A stretch of 64,000 nucleotides of DNA. Origin: Fibrobacterales bacterium (GTDB lineage: Bacteria; Fibrobacterota; Fibrobacteria; Fibrobacterales; JAOPTW01). Within the stretch, counting starts at the first letter, position 1. Each line of letters begins with the position of its first letter. Below, in pieces: positions 9,084-18,747 of the stretch. The stretch is from the NCBI GenBank assembly GCA_051532035.1, contig JAOPTW010000008.1, positions 64,001-128,000 on the forward strand, read 5' to 3'. The position numbers and the translations under genes are program-made. Below the pieces are notes generated by a model. The model was not told the origin of the DNA and did no database searches. It saw nothing but the letters and a program-made list of their open reading frames with translations.

Positions 9084-9635
9084 TTATTTTATTAACGACA
9101 TAAACTCTTCACGAGTATCTTGATTCTCTCTAAAGGCACCTTTAAGCTGACTTGTAAGCATTTTTGAACCAGGCTTCTTAATTCCACGCATGGTCATACA
9201 CATATGCTCACTTTCCAATACTACTGCAACCCCTTGTGGCTCCAGCTTTTCTTGAATAAAATTAGCGATCTCACGAGTCATTCGCTCCTGAATTTGTGGT
9301 TGACGTGCAAAATGCTCTACGACGCGTGCAATCTTAGAAAGCCCCACCACTTTATCTTTTGGAATGTACGCAACATGAGCCACCCCTTTAAAAGGGAGAA
9401 AGTGATGTTCACACATAGACTGAAATTCGATATCTTTTACAAGAATCATCTCATCAAAATCTTCAGCAAAACAGGTTTTCATAAGATCATTAGGGTCTTT
9501 GTGAAGACCCGCAAAAAGCTCCTCGTACATATCTGCAACTCTACGTGGAGTATCAAGTAATCCTTCTCGGTTAGGGTCCTCACCCACACCTTCAAGAATC
9601 ATTTTAAAGCCTGCTTTTATTTTTTCTTTATCCAT
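9084..9635 (-). CDS. folE: GTP cyclohydrolase I
   Basis: [47 protein letters not shown]. Confidence 0.97.
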   Translation of the reverse strand: MDKEKIKAGFKMILEGVGEDPNREGLLDTPRRVADMYEELFAGLHKDPNDLMKTCFAEDFDEMILVKDIEFQSMCEHHFLPFKGVAHVAYIPKDKVVGLSKIARVVEHFARQPQIQERMTREIANFIQEKLEPQGVAVVLESEHMCMTMRGIKKPGSKMLTSQLKGAFRENQDTREEFMSLIK

Positions 9636-9684
9636 CTATTCATACCTTTTAAGCACCCTGAACCAATCACAGTATGCCACAACA

Positions 9685-11019
9685 TTATACTCTTTTTATG
9701 AGCACCTTAGAGTTTCGATCTCTATTATATGCTTCAAATTTCTTTTTAGGGAGTGCATTAACATCGGCACTTTCAAACCCAAATTCATAAAACCAGTCCG
9801 CAGCCTGAGTAGTAAGAATAAAAAGTTCTTTGATCCCTTTCTTTTCTGATTTCTCAATAATAAAGTCGAGCATATCTCTCCCGATCCCTTTGGAACGATA
9901 TGTTTTATCAACAGCAATTGCTGCTACTTCGGCTTTACCCTCTTCCAAAATATGGAGTGCACCAGAACCATGAATACGTCCATCCACTTCATAGACATAA
10001 TAATCATCGATTGAGAGCGCAATACTCTCTTCGCTTCGCTCAACCAAATACCCTTTTTTAACGTAATACTCCATAAGTTTAAGGAGGTCGGGTACATCAC
10101 GAACTGTTGCTTTTCGGATAGCGTAGTATTTATTGCTAAATACCATAGTGCCACCGCCCAAACTCGAGAAAATCTCTTGAAGAATGGCACCTTGACGAAG
10201 CCCCGAGACAAAGTGGACACGATTTACATTGTTATAACAGACAGAAATAGCATGCTCTAAGCACTCTTTGGTCCCAAAACGTATGGAATTTTTGTTTTCG
10301 GCAAGAAGTTTTTTTGCCTGCTCCAAATTCAAGCTCGATGCGACACCCGTCTTACGAACATCAACATCATCAGAAACATTCAATCCTTCTACATGTATTC
10401 CATCTTGATCAGAAATGTAAAAGACTTTAGCGACATCAAGATCTTCACAGAGACGAAGTAACAGTACATTAGAATTAACATTGTAACTTGCGCCCGTACT
10501 ATTCCACCCTAGGGATGATAGTACGGGAATAAACCCATCGTCAATGAGGTTTAAAATTATTTTCGAACTGACTTTTTCAACAACACCGGTATACTGATAA
10601 TCGATACCATCAACCACGCCCATCGAGCGCGCTTTTACCCAGTTCCCCATGAGCCCCTTACCATCATTTGCAGCAAGGTGAGAGATGATATCCTGGATCA
10701 CTTCCATCGCGGCAAGTTTGACCATCGGTAACGCCTCTTCCGTGGTAATACGAATGCCTTCATGCATAGTAGTTTGAATACCATATTGGGTGAGGTGTTT
10801 ATTTATAGTCTCCCGAGTACCTGGAATAATCAAAATTTTAACCCCAACATTGTGCAGCTCAACAATATCTTTCATGAGTATTGGAAAGAGTGTTGTATCT
10901 CTGAGACAGTCATCGAGGTGAATAACAAAAATTTTGTCCTTAAAACGCTTGATATAACTAAACACCTCGCGAATTGCATTCACGGGCTCAAAGCTGGTTT
11001 TTTCGGCAACAGATGACAT
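9685..11019 (-). CDS. argA: Amino-acid N-acetyltransferase (N-acetylglutamate synthase, AAK + GNAT)
   Basis: GVVDGIDYQYTG, RVHFVS...GAILQEIFS, and GNAT C-terminus LFILTTQAADWFYEFGF...YNRDRNSKVL. Confidence 0.93.
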   Translation of the reverse strand: MSSVAEKTSFEPVNAIREVFSYIKRFKDKIFVIHLDDCLRDTTLFPILMKDIVELHNVGVKILIIPGTRETINKHLTQYGIQTTMHEGIRITTEEALPMVKLAAMEVIQDIISHLAANDGKGLMGNWVKARSMGVVDGIDYQYTGVVEKVSSKIILNLIDDGFIPVLSSLGWNSTGASYNVNSNVLLLRLCEDLDVAKVFYISDQDGIHVEGLNVSDDVDVRKTGVASSLNLEQAKKLLAENKNSIRFGTKECLEHAISVCYNNVNRVHFVSGLRQGAILQEIFSSLGGGTMVFSNKYYAIRKATVRDVPDLLKLMEYYVKKGYLVERSEESIALSIDDYYVYEVDGRIHGSGALHILEEGKAEVAAIAVDKTYRSKGIGRDMLDFIIEKSEKKGIKELFILTTQAADWFYEFGFESADVNALPKKKFEAYNRDRNSKVLIKRV

Positions 11020-11248
11020 TTTTGCTCAATAAATGGGGTTTAATCAAAATATACCTAAATTTTACCGTTTTTGCCGTGGTTTTACAAGCACCTTTTACTC
11101 GTTCAATCCATTGATCCCCATTACAAGACCATCAACCTCAAGGGATAGCAAATGTGAATGTTAGAGTAAAAGCTTATTCTCTCATAAATCAAGGGCTATA
11201 GAGCGATATCTCCACACTTTAAGAGTGAATAATTTTAAGATTACATGT

Positions 11249-11434
11249 ATGAAAGAGTATAAAGAGCAAATCATCCCCCTCCCCTATGACGGTGATCCAG
11301 ACCTCATTGTAGAGGTCATTGATACTGCAGCTCAAAAGCTGTATAATGAGGGGTGGTATTTTATTGAATCTCGCACCGATGAACTAGTAAACAACATTAC
11401 CCTCTTTTTTGAGAGAGATGTGGAGTTAAAATGA
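11249..11434 (+). CDS. Small hypothetical protein (DUF4177-like)
   Basis: MKEYK...LYNEGWYF...LFFER pattern; ATG at 11249 preferred; overlaps the next start codon. Confidence 0.6.
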   Translation: MKEYKEQIIPLPYDGDPDLIVEVIDTAAQKLYNEGWYFIESRTDELVNNITLFFERDVELK

Positions 11435-11961
11435 AAGCACCCATGATATTGAGTACCGCTCTCACAATTTTGTTAATGGCCTGTAGTAGTCAATTTACCA
11501 TTACCGATTTTAGCGGTCGCACCGTTACCCTTGATAAGGTTAACATTGGTACATCCAATGAGCTCTTTGGGCTACTGGGTGAAAGTGAAATTACGATCCC
11601 CCTCGATGATATACGCACGCTGAAAATCGATGCTACCTATAAACGTGTCTACAATAGTCGTGTCCTCTATCGAGCAACCGTAACCTTTATGGAAGGTAAG
11701 AAACCGGCAATTACGAGTGATTCTAGTGCTGCCAATCACTCCCTCTATATTGACGTTGGCCACAAAGTAAAAGGAATGACTGAAGTAGGCTCGATAACTC
11801 TTCCCTTAAAATCAGTAAAGGCCATTACTCAAGTCGTTGATACAGAGGAAGCCTCTGAAGCCGCTAAAGCTCCCGATCAAGCCCCCAAAGCAACACCCCC
11901 AGCTGATGGCGGGGTTGCCAATGAAAAACCTACAAAAGAAACGCCACAAGAAAAACCATAG
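11431..11961 (+). CDS. Hypothetical lipoprotein
   Basis: Lipobox LMAC; GGAG RBS; P/A/K-rich tail. Confidence 0.75.
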   Translation: MKAPMILSTALTILLMACSSQFTITDFSGRTVTLDKVNIGTSNELFGLLGESEITIPLDDIRTLKIDATYKRVYNSRVLYRATVTFMEGKKPAITSDSSAANHSLYIDVGHKVKGMTEVGSITLPLKSVKAITQVVDTEEASEAAKAPDQAPKATPPADGGVANEKPTKETPQEKP

Positions 11962-11969
11962 GGACCACT

Positions 11970-13517
11970 ATGATCACCCATAAAGTGGTATTACATTCTG
12001 TTGCACCTGAAAGTGATCTTAAAAGAATCATTCTATACATCAGTGCCTTAAAAGGCTCTACAACCAATCAAACTATTGACTGGATTAAAAACCTTCCCCA
12101 TCCCATCTTTACCCACTGTTCAACCGACAAAGCTCGAGAAGTTACTGATCAACTTACAGAGATGGGAGGGATCGTTGTCTGTACACCTCCACTCAAACCC
12201 AAAAAAGAGCCACCAGCAGTTCAACCCGAAACTATCAAAATCAGTGCATCAAAGAAAGAACTTAAAGGAACCTGGCATATCTCCTTTGGTATTATCTTCC
12301 TTTTAACCATTGTAGGTCTTGCCGTTCTTGTTCCCACAATTTACTGGGCCTATACCAGTTCACGTTCTGCCGATGAAAAAAGTTTTAAGGCCGCCCAAAA
12401 AGGCACCCAATTAATTGGTACAAAACAGTTTGATAAAGCAAGTGCTGTCCTGAGAAAGAGTATCAAAGAAAACCCCTATAACACAGCGCCCTACATAGCA
12501 GAAGCGATGAATCTTATGTCGAAGGCACGAGCCAAAATGGACTCAACCAACTGGAGTGGCTATGGGGTTCGGGATAAAAATTCTCGTGAAAAGGGGGGCT
12601 ATGGCAACCTTCCACGAACGGGACAAGACAGAATGCCCATTGCAGAGGCCACACAGGCCATTCAGATTTTAAAGACCGCCCAAAAACTTGAGTCAGGGAA
12701 CCCTGAAATATACCGCTGGCTCGGTTATATTTATCAGCAGAAGGGGCTTTACAATAATGCTGAAATCTATATGAAAAAAGCAGACTCTATAGTGCCAACG
12801 AGCGTTCTCTACAAAAACCTTCTTGGCAATTTATATATCGAAACCGAACATTACTCTAAGGCTGATTATATTTTTAGAGAAGCCCTTGCTCTCGACTCCA
12901 ACAACATACACACCCTAAAAAATCTTGGCTTTCTTAATCAGTTCTACCTAAACGACACCAATCTTGCCTGGCGCTACTATTACAAATACATACAGAAAGA
13001 CCCTCAAAAACAGAATGACTTTGATGTCAACATTATCAAAAAAGAACTGATGCAAATTGTATGGAACCGCTACAACACTCCATTCTTTAGAAGAGGAATC
13101 AGTGAACCTTTTAGGCAATACGAATCAAAAAGACGATCACTCCAAAAAAAACTTGAGAAAAGTAGGAGCGCAGAAACAACCGAACAACTTGCCCTGCTCT
13201 TTGCAAAAAATGGAAAATACTCTGAAGCTAAAAACTATTTTCAAAAAGCCCTCATACTCGACAATAATCGTACGACAGCACTTATCTATCTCACACTGCT
13301 TCATGCTGCAGAAGGTGAGCTCCCGATTGCTCAAATGATGCTCAACAAAGCAAAAGACCGAGGAAGTAACGATCCCTTTGTGTACAAAAACCTTGCACTC
13401 TTCGACAAGTTTTACAATAACAATCCGTACAATGCCAAAGAGAATTTTGACAAATATATACGTTTTGGGGCTGACTCCTATAAGCACCATCTACAAAAAG
13501 AGTTCGAAGATAATTAG
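11970..13517 (+). CDS. Membrane-anchored TPR protein with an N-terminal L7/L12-CTD-like domain
   Basis: Single TM helix (GIIFLLTIVGLAVLVPTIYW) and multiple TPRs (IYRWLGYIYQQKGLYNNAE, LGNLYIETEHYSKAD). Confidence 0.8.
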   Translation: MITHKVVLHSVAPESDLKRIILYISALKGSTTNQTIDWIKNLPHPIFTHCSTDKAREVTDQLTEMGGIVVCTPPLKPKKEPPAVQPETIKISASKKELKGTWHISFGIIFLLTIVGLAVLVPTIYWAYTSSRSADEKSFKAAQKGTQLIGTKQFDKASAVLRKSIKENPYNTAPYIAEAMNLMSKARAKMDSTNWSGYGVRDKNSREKGGYGNLPRTGQDRMPIAEATQAIQILKTAQKLESGNPEIYRWLGYIYQQKGLYNNAEIYMKKADSIVPTSVLYKNLLGNLYIETEHYSKADYIFREALALDSNNIHTLKNLGFLNQFYLNDTNLAWRYYYKYIQKDPQKQNDFDVNIIKKELMQIVWNRYNTPFFRRGISEPFRQYESKRRSLQKKLEKSRSAETTEQLALLFAKNGKYSEAKNYFQKALILDNNRTTALIYLTLLHAAEGELPIAQMMLNKAKDRGSNDPFVYKNLALFDKFYNNNPYNAKENFDKYIRFGADSYKHHLQKEFEDN

Positions 13518-13533
13518 GATTACCCAGGGGAGA

Positions 13534-14865
13534 TCACTCACCCACGAGCGCTCTTTGCAAATGGTAGACAAAAGCCCCCCGAGAAATATCCAAAAGTCGT
13601 GCCGCCTGTGATTTATTACCTCTACACTTCTCAAGTGCATCCACTATTTGCCCACTGGTGATGCCACTCTTTTCATGCTTTTTTCTTTTAGTATTGAGGA
13701 CCACTGATTCAACAGATTGAGAGAATTCGGATGGCGTTGCCTCCCCCTGCTCTAGGCTTTGAAGCCCTAGCCGGCCCGTTACTAAAAACCGTTCAATAAC
13801 GTTTCGAAGTTCACGAATATTTCCAGGCCAACTATAACGGGCCAATGCATCTCGTTCTCTTCTGTGGAATACTTTTTCTATCACGCCCAGCTTTTCAGCA
13901 GATTGCTTAAGAAGTATTGCCGTGAGTATGGGTAGATCAACAGTTCGATTTCTGAGAGCAGGAAGCGTCACTTCAAAAACATTAATACGATAGTAGAGAT
14001 CTTCTCTAAAGCGGCCTGCCTTTACTTCATGCAGTAAGTTTTTATGGGTGGCTGCAATAAGACGAAAATCAACATTCTGTTCCTCATAATCACCCACTGC
14101 TACAATGGTTCTTTCTTGCAAAGTTCTCAAGAGTACACTCTGCGCTGCCAGAGGAAGCTCTGCAATCTCATCGAGAAACAGAGTCCCTCCCTCTGACATC
14201 TTTATCTTACCAGGGGTGTCGCGATCAGCACCGGTAAAGGCCCCTCGTTTCACACCAAAGAGTTCACTGGCTATAAGATTGGGTGCAATTGCCCCACAAT
14301 TTATGGCAACAAAATTAGCCTCTCTCCGAGGAGAATTATTATGCACTGCCCGAGCGACAACTTCTTTGCCTGTCCCCGTCTCACCATGAATAAAGAGGGT
14401 TGCACTACTTTGCGCTACGGGTGTAAGTAACGATATTACTTCTTGCATGGGTGATGACCCTGCACAACAAATTTCTGAAAACCCCTGAGTAGAAGAGCGA
14501 GATTTATCTTGAATATAGTGTTCAAGATACTGGAGTACTGTCTCAATTGAAACAGGCTTTTCAAGAAAATCTAGTGCACCTTTCCTGACAGCTTCAACAG
14601 CAAGAGGTATTGACCCTTGACCCGATACCACAAGGATAGGCACGCCTACACCAAGATCTTTGAGCGCCTCAATCAGCTCAATCCCCGAAAGACCGGGGAG
14701 CATTAAATCACTGATGATAGCCTGAGTTCCCACATACCCCTTTCGTTCGAGAAATACTTCGACACTCTCATACGCGTCAACAATATAGTTTCGTCCCTCT
14801 AATTCACACTGGAGCATATCTCTTAAGCGAGCGTCATCTTCTATAATACTCATATTATAAGGCAT
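13534..14865 (-). CDS. Sigma54-dependent response regulator (NtrC/AtoC family)
   Basis: Receiver IEDD...SDLMLPG...KP; GETGTGKE, ELFG, GAFTGA, GTLFLDEI, WPGNIREL; Fis HTH GNKSQAARLLDIS. Start reassigned to ATG 14865 behind GAGGTG. Confidence 0.93.
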   Translation of the reverse strand: MPYNMSIIEDDARLRDMLQCELEGRNYIVDAYESVEVFLERKGYVGTQAIISDLMLPGLSGIELIEALKDLGVGVPILVVSGQGSIPLAVEAVRKGALDFLEKPVSIETVLQYLEHYIQDKSRSSTQGFSEICCAGSSPMQEVISLLTPVAQSSATLFIHGETGTGKEVVARAVHNNSPRREANFVAINCGAIAPNLIASELFGVKRGAFTGADRDTPGKIKMSEGGTLFLDEIAELPLAAQSVLLRTLQERTIVAVGDYEEQNVDFRLIAATHKNLLHEVKAGRFREDLYYRINVFEVTLPALRNRTVDLPILTAILLKQSAEKLGVIEKVFHRRERDALARYSWPGNIRELRNVIERFLVTGRLGLQSLEQGEATPSEFSQSVESVVLNTKRKKHEKSGITSGQIVDALEKCRGNKSQAARLLDISRGAFVYHLQRALVGE

Positions 14866-15961
14866 GGGGCACCTCAAACAGAAAGGTCGTGTGTTCTTTA
14901 GTTGAACTAAAGAGAGAGAGGTCACCACCCATAGCTCTCATGCGTTTACGCGCCCCATAGAGCCCTAAGCCAGTCCCCTCATTTTTAGTAGTAAAATAGG
15001 GTACAAACAATTTGTCCTGATGTTTTGTAGGGATTAGAGGTCCATTATTGTGAACGAGTATATGCACCCTTCCATCGCCTTGCTCCACCGAAAGTGTTAT
15101 GTCCCCACTCTCCCCAATTGCAGCCAACGCATTATCAAGTACCACAATCATACTTTGAACCAAACGCACTCTATCGCACTCTATGACAAATGGGGCGTTC
15201 TCAAAATAAATGGTATCATACTGGGGATTTCCTCCGTAATACCATTTGAGTTCTTGAAACAACTCATCCACACTCCATGGATTGATGAGTGATTCAATAG
15301 ATTGAGAGTGACTGAGAAAGTCTGATACCATCTGCTGGGTATGTCGTACAATTGAATGAACCCCTGTTCCTGCCCTCCTACCTTTTGTAAAGGCGAGTTG
15401 CTGCAATGGACTTCTCAACTCGTGCACAAAAAGGTCGGTCAACTGTTGCCGTTCTTTGCCCTCTTCAATGTGCTGACGCTGTTCAGCATTATAAAGCACC
15501 TGTAATTGTTCTGATACTCTTCTAAAAAACCGGAGTACTTTAATTGAACGCTTAGCCCCACCCAATAACTCCGTGAGCTGAGCCCCATGAAGAAGCCAAT
15601 GATAGGCCCCATTATCGAATGCAACAGGAATCCCCGCACTCACACGTTCTGAGATACCTTCGAGACTCTCAGAAAAAACCTGCCATCTCTTAAGAGAAAA
15701 ACCAGAAAATGGCACTGTGGCATAGGGTCGTAAAAATTTAATGAGCTGGGGAGAGAAATCGAGGGGTACCATTCCATTTTTTGAAATGCTCATCTGTTTG
15801 GTATGTATGTCAATAATAAGGGTACACTCGATGCCCCATTCACTGAGGGTTCTACTTATTGAGTGGACCAATTCGAGCGAGCGAGCATTAAAACATGTTG
15901 CTTCTCGCTTCTCTTTGAGGATTGACTGTAATAAAACTATAGGCCGTTTTTGAGTAACCAT
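14855..15961 (-). CDS. Cytoplasmic sensor histidine kinase
   Basis: HELRSPL H-box, LDNA N-box, HNNGP, LFVPYFTTK, GTGLGL; no clear TM helix. Confidence 0.88.
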   Translation of the reverse strand: MVTQKRPIVLLQSILKEKREATCFNARSLELVHSISRTLSEWGIECTLIIDIHTKQMSISKNGMVPLDFSPQLIKFLRPYATVPFSGFSLKRWQVFSESLEGISERVSAGIPVAFDNGAYHWLLHGAQLTELLGGAKRSIKVLRFFRRVSEQLQVLYNAEQRQHIEEGKERQQLTDLFVHELRSPLQQLAFTKGRRAGTGVHSIVRHTQQMVSDFLSHSQSIESLINPWSVDELFQELKWYYGGNPQYDTIYFENAPFVIECDRVRLVQSMIVVLDNALAAIGESGDITLSVEQGDGRVHILVHNNGPLIPTKHQDKLFVPYFTTKNEGTGLGLYGARKRMRAMGGDLSLFSSTKEHTTFLFEVPHAL

Positions 15962-16023
15962 TTCTCTTCTCCAGAAACTTGTTACTCATTAGACGACTAG
16001 ATTACTAAAATTGTTACTTAATT

Positions 16024-17250
16024 TTACTCACTATCAATTTTAGTTCTAAACCGTAGTGTCAGAGTTGGAGCTAAATTAGGGTTAGAATCATAACTTTCAA
16101 CTTCACGATACCCATTGCATGTTAAAACCAACCCTAATGTGTTATAGCTTTCCCACTCACCACTATCATTCTGAAGAATTCCAATAAGCACATCTTTGAT
16201 ATTTTCTGAACGTCCAGCAAGGCTATCATTTGGACCCCAAGTTCCAGAGGATATCCAATCGAATATTCGTGCATCTTCCTGAACTTCACTTGATAGCCCA
16301 ACTAACCCCAATGAATCGATGCTTTTAAGAGTATCGAGCGACAGACCTTCTGCATTACGAATTCCCCTTACGGTACAATTACTTTCTGTACCTGCACTGT
16401 TTCCCCAAAACTGGAGGTATGCCTCTTCAATGGAATCAGATTTACTCAGAGGGACATTCTCAAAAAGAAGTACTACCCATGCAGAAGAATCTAATAAGGA
16501 CCCCAGCTCTAAGGGAGCATTGGACTTAGTCACCACCAAGCTATCTTCATTTTCATAAGCATCGTGATCAGCTCTATCAATTTGAAATGATAATTCAACA
16601 ACTTTATCGTTATAACTTATAACACTACTTGTTTCAGCCTCTGAAGAACTACTCTCACTTGAACTTATTGGTGTTACTACCACACCAGTACTTGATGAAC
16701 TTTCTGAAACAACTTCACTGCTACTCGACAACATAACTTGACTTGACACTACTGTAGCTGAACTTGAAACGGCGACCGCCCCCCGTACTTCTGTAATACT
16801 ATCATAGCCAATTGCAAGATAGGTGAGAAAATCTCTTTTCTTGAGTGCCATTGGAATAGTGTCGACAAATGGATCATACGCTTCATAGAGTACCCGTGCA
16901 ATAAGTACGGTATCTGTTTGAGTCTCTTTGTACATTCTAATAACAAAAGGACGCCCTATACCACCATCTGGAAAATGAAATACTCCTTGGGCATCGGTAG
17001 AAAGCTCATAGGTTGCCGCACTTTTTGCCGCAATTGAGCGCTTAGCAGTCAGTACCCCATAATCATCTTTAATGAGTTCAACCGAGACACCCTCAACTGG
17101 ATTCCCTGCTGGGTCAACAACGATCCCCGCAATACTATCTTCTGTAGTTGTATAAGTGCCAGCATTTTGATCTATAGTTTCTGAAACAGAACATCCACTC
17201 CAAAGAAGCGATATCCCCAATATCGAAGTATATACTAATTTTATACTCAT
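16024..17250 (-). CDS. Lipoprotein: carboxypeptidase-regulatory-like domain, Ser-rich linker, C-terminal beta-sandwich
   Basis: Lipobox WSGC; IAGIVVDPAGNPVEGVSVEL...TDAQGVFHF; poly-Ser linker; DHDAYEN...FENVPL..IEEAYLQF...APTLTLRF. Confidence 0.75.
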   Translation of the reverse strand: MSIKLVYTSILGISLLWSGCSVSETIDQNAGTYTTTEDSIAGIVVDPAGNPVEGVSVELIKDDYGVLTAKRSIAAKSAATYELSTDAQGVFHFPDGGIGRPFVIRMYKETQTDTVLIARVLYEAYDPFVDTIPMALKKRDFLTYLAIGYDSITEVRGAVAVSSSATVVSSQVMLSSSSEVVSESSSSTGVVVTPISSSESSSSEAETSSVISYNDKVVELSFQIDRADHDAYENEDSLVVTKSNAPLELGSLLDSSAWVVLLFENVPLSKSDSIEEAYLQFWGNSAGTESNCTVRGIRNAEGLSLDTLKSIDSLGLVGLSSEVQEDARIFDWISSGTWGPNDSLAGRSENIKDVLIGILQNDSGEWESYNTLGLVLTCNGYREVESYDSNPNLAPTLTLRFRTKIDSE

Positions 17251-18080
17251 CTTTTCATCTCCTTGGTAACGGGAAACAACTGCAGGTTCATCTCATATAC
17301 TCTGCCTTCGTTCTCGTCCGCAATAATAATTTCTTCTATTTCTTTGTGTACCTTTGCAATTTTCTTCTTAATCTCTTCAAAAGCATTGTTTGATACACTA
17401 AATGTTTTAGTTGATACTGAACGTTGTCCTCGTACAAATCTACCGAGAGACTCTTTAGCAAGATCCATCATCTGAAATTGAAAGTTATGTATGTGAAGTG
17501 GCCCAATTTCCGAGCCAGACATTACGCCTGAGTCACACGCCTTCCAAAACCCATCGGCATTTTTGGCGATAAGGCCAAGGTTGCTCAAGGTTCGAATAGC
17601 GCTTTTGACCTCTGAAGTACGCACTTGTGGCTCTAAGTAGTAAGCCATATCTCCATGATTATCATCGCCAATATTCACAATAGAGAGTGATTCACGGATA
17701 ACGACATTAAACCAGTGAGAATAATAGTCACGTTGGTCATTTTTAAGTCGCTTTGTTTTATTAGGAAGATACGGAACCATCTGATCAAAAATCTGTTGCT
17801 TTGCTTCAACAGTCTTTCCTCGATCATAGAGCACCATTAACTCAAGATATTCGGTCTCTTTCTCGCTAAGAGCTAACCCTTTTGCGTATTTTGGAATAAG
17901 ACGCTGAGTCATATTTACTGTACCATCTACGATACGTGAATATGATCCCGATGAATTGAACCCCGCCTTCTTCATGAAGTAGCGATAAGAAAAGTATGGT
18001 TTTGCCGCTTTTTCAGTCTTGTAATAATCGTCAAGATATTTGCGGTAATCAAAATAATTGTATATGCTGATGGATTTCAC
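17247..18080 (-). CDS. TIGR02147-family protein (Fibrobacter-type paralogous family, DUF4423-like C-terminus)
   Basis: SIYNYFDYRKYLDDYY...FSYRYF..KAGFNS, YYSHWFNVVIRE, VYEMNLQLFPV. Confidence 0.88.
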   Translation of the reverse strand: MKSISIYNYFDYRKYLDDYYKTEKAAKPYFSYRYFMKKAGFNSSGSYSRIVDGTVNMTQRLIPKYAKGLALSEKETEYLELMVLYDRGKTVEAKQQIFDQMVPYLPNKTKRLKNDQRDYYSHWFNVVIRESLSIVNIGDDNHGDMAYYLEPQVRTSEVKSAIRTLSNLGLIAKNADGFWKACDSGVMSGSEIGPLHIHNFQFQMMDLAKESLGRFVRGQRSVSTKTFSVSNNAFEEIKKKIAKVHKEIEEIIIADENEGRVYEMNLQLFPVTKEMKR

Positions 18081-18233
18081 TGCCCCAACCCCTATTAGAA
18101 CTCACTAAAGATATATTAAAAGTTCAAACATGCAAAACAGTGTTTACTTTTTTTGAACAATAATTACTTATTTTACACATAGTTTACAGTTTTTTAGTTT
18201 TTAAAGCCAATAGATTGTCTTGATTTTGTGAAC

Positions 18234-18269
18234 AGCAGTACCTTAAGCAGCACCTTAATAAGCACCCTT
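18234..18269. repeat. Three imperfect 12-bp tandem repeats
   Basis: AGCAGTACCTTA / AGCAGCACCTTA / ATAAGCACCCTT. Confidence 0.55.
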
Positions 18270-18297
18270 TTTTCACTAAAAATGGCATTTTGAAAGG

Positions 18298-18570
18298 CTA
18301 GTCGGTAGCTTCGTCAAAATAACGGGTGAGCTTGTCCGTAATATCTTCGGTTACTTCACTTCGGTTATAAAATCCGGCCGATATTTTGCTTTGGATATTT
18401 TGGAGCTTATCGCTTGATGATGAGGAGAGCTCAACACTATCTTTAGGCTGTGTCGGCTTGGATTTGGCTCCAGAATCAACAACACTCCCTTTTATGGGGC
18501 GTTTTGAGCTCATTTGGCTATTGTACGCCTGTTGAGCATATGAACCTGTTATAGATGATATATTCATCAT
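18298..18570 (-). CDS. flgM: Anti-sigma28 factor FlgM-like protein
   Basis: About 90 aa from MMNISSIT; DSVELS, KLQNIQSKISAGFY, EDITDKL; upstream sigma28 promoter. The longer ORF-track start is an upstream extension. Confidence 0.8.
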   Translation of the reverse strand: MMNISSITGSYAQQAYNSQMSSKRPIKGSVVDSGAKSKPTQPKDSVELSSSSSDKLQNIQSKISAGFYNRSEVTEDITDKLTRYFDEATD

Positions 18571-18602
18571 CCTCTGCCTCGATAAAGTTACTCCTATTAT
18601 AG

Positions 18603-18629
18603 GTATCGACCAGTCTTCCTGAATCTTTA
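18603..18629 (-). promoter_or_regulatory. Sigma28 (FliA) promoter of flgM
   Basis: The minus strand reads TAAA-N15-GTCGATAC, against consensus TAAA-N15-GCCGATAA. Confidence 0.8.
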
Positions 18630-18747
18630 CCTTTTTTATCGCTTTTCTGTAAAACTTTTTTGGAAATCGCCCATATACCGCTACTCGTTTGTGCATTTAC
18701 TTGATTTTTGCTACTTTTGGCTCACATTTTACCAAACCTGAGTGCTT

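Noticed and set aside
18234..18269. Tandem repeats as a CRISPR remnant
   Set aside because: The 12-bp units have no spacers and there are no cas genes; no CRISPR array is visible in the window.
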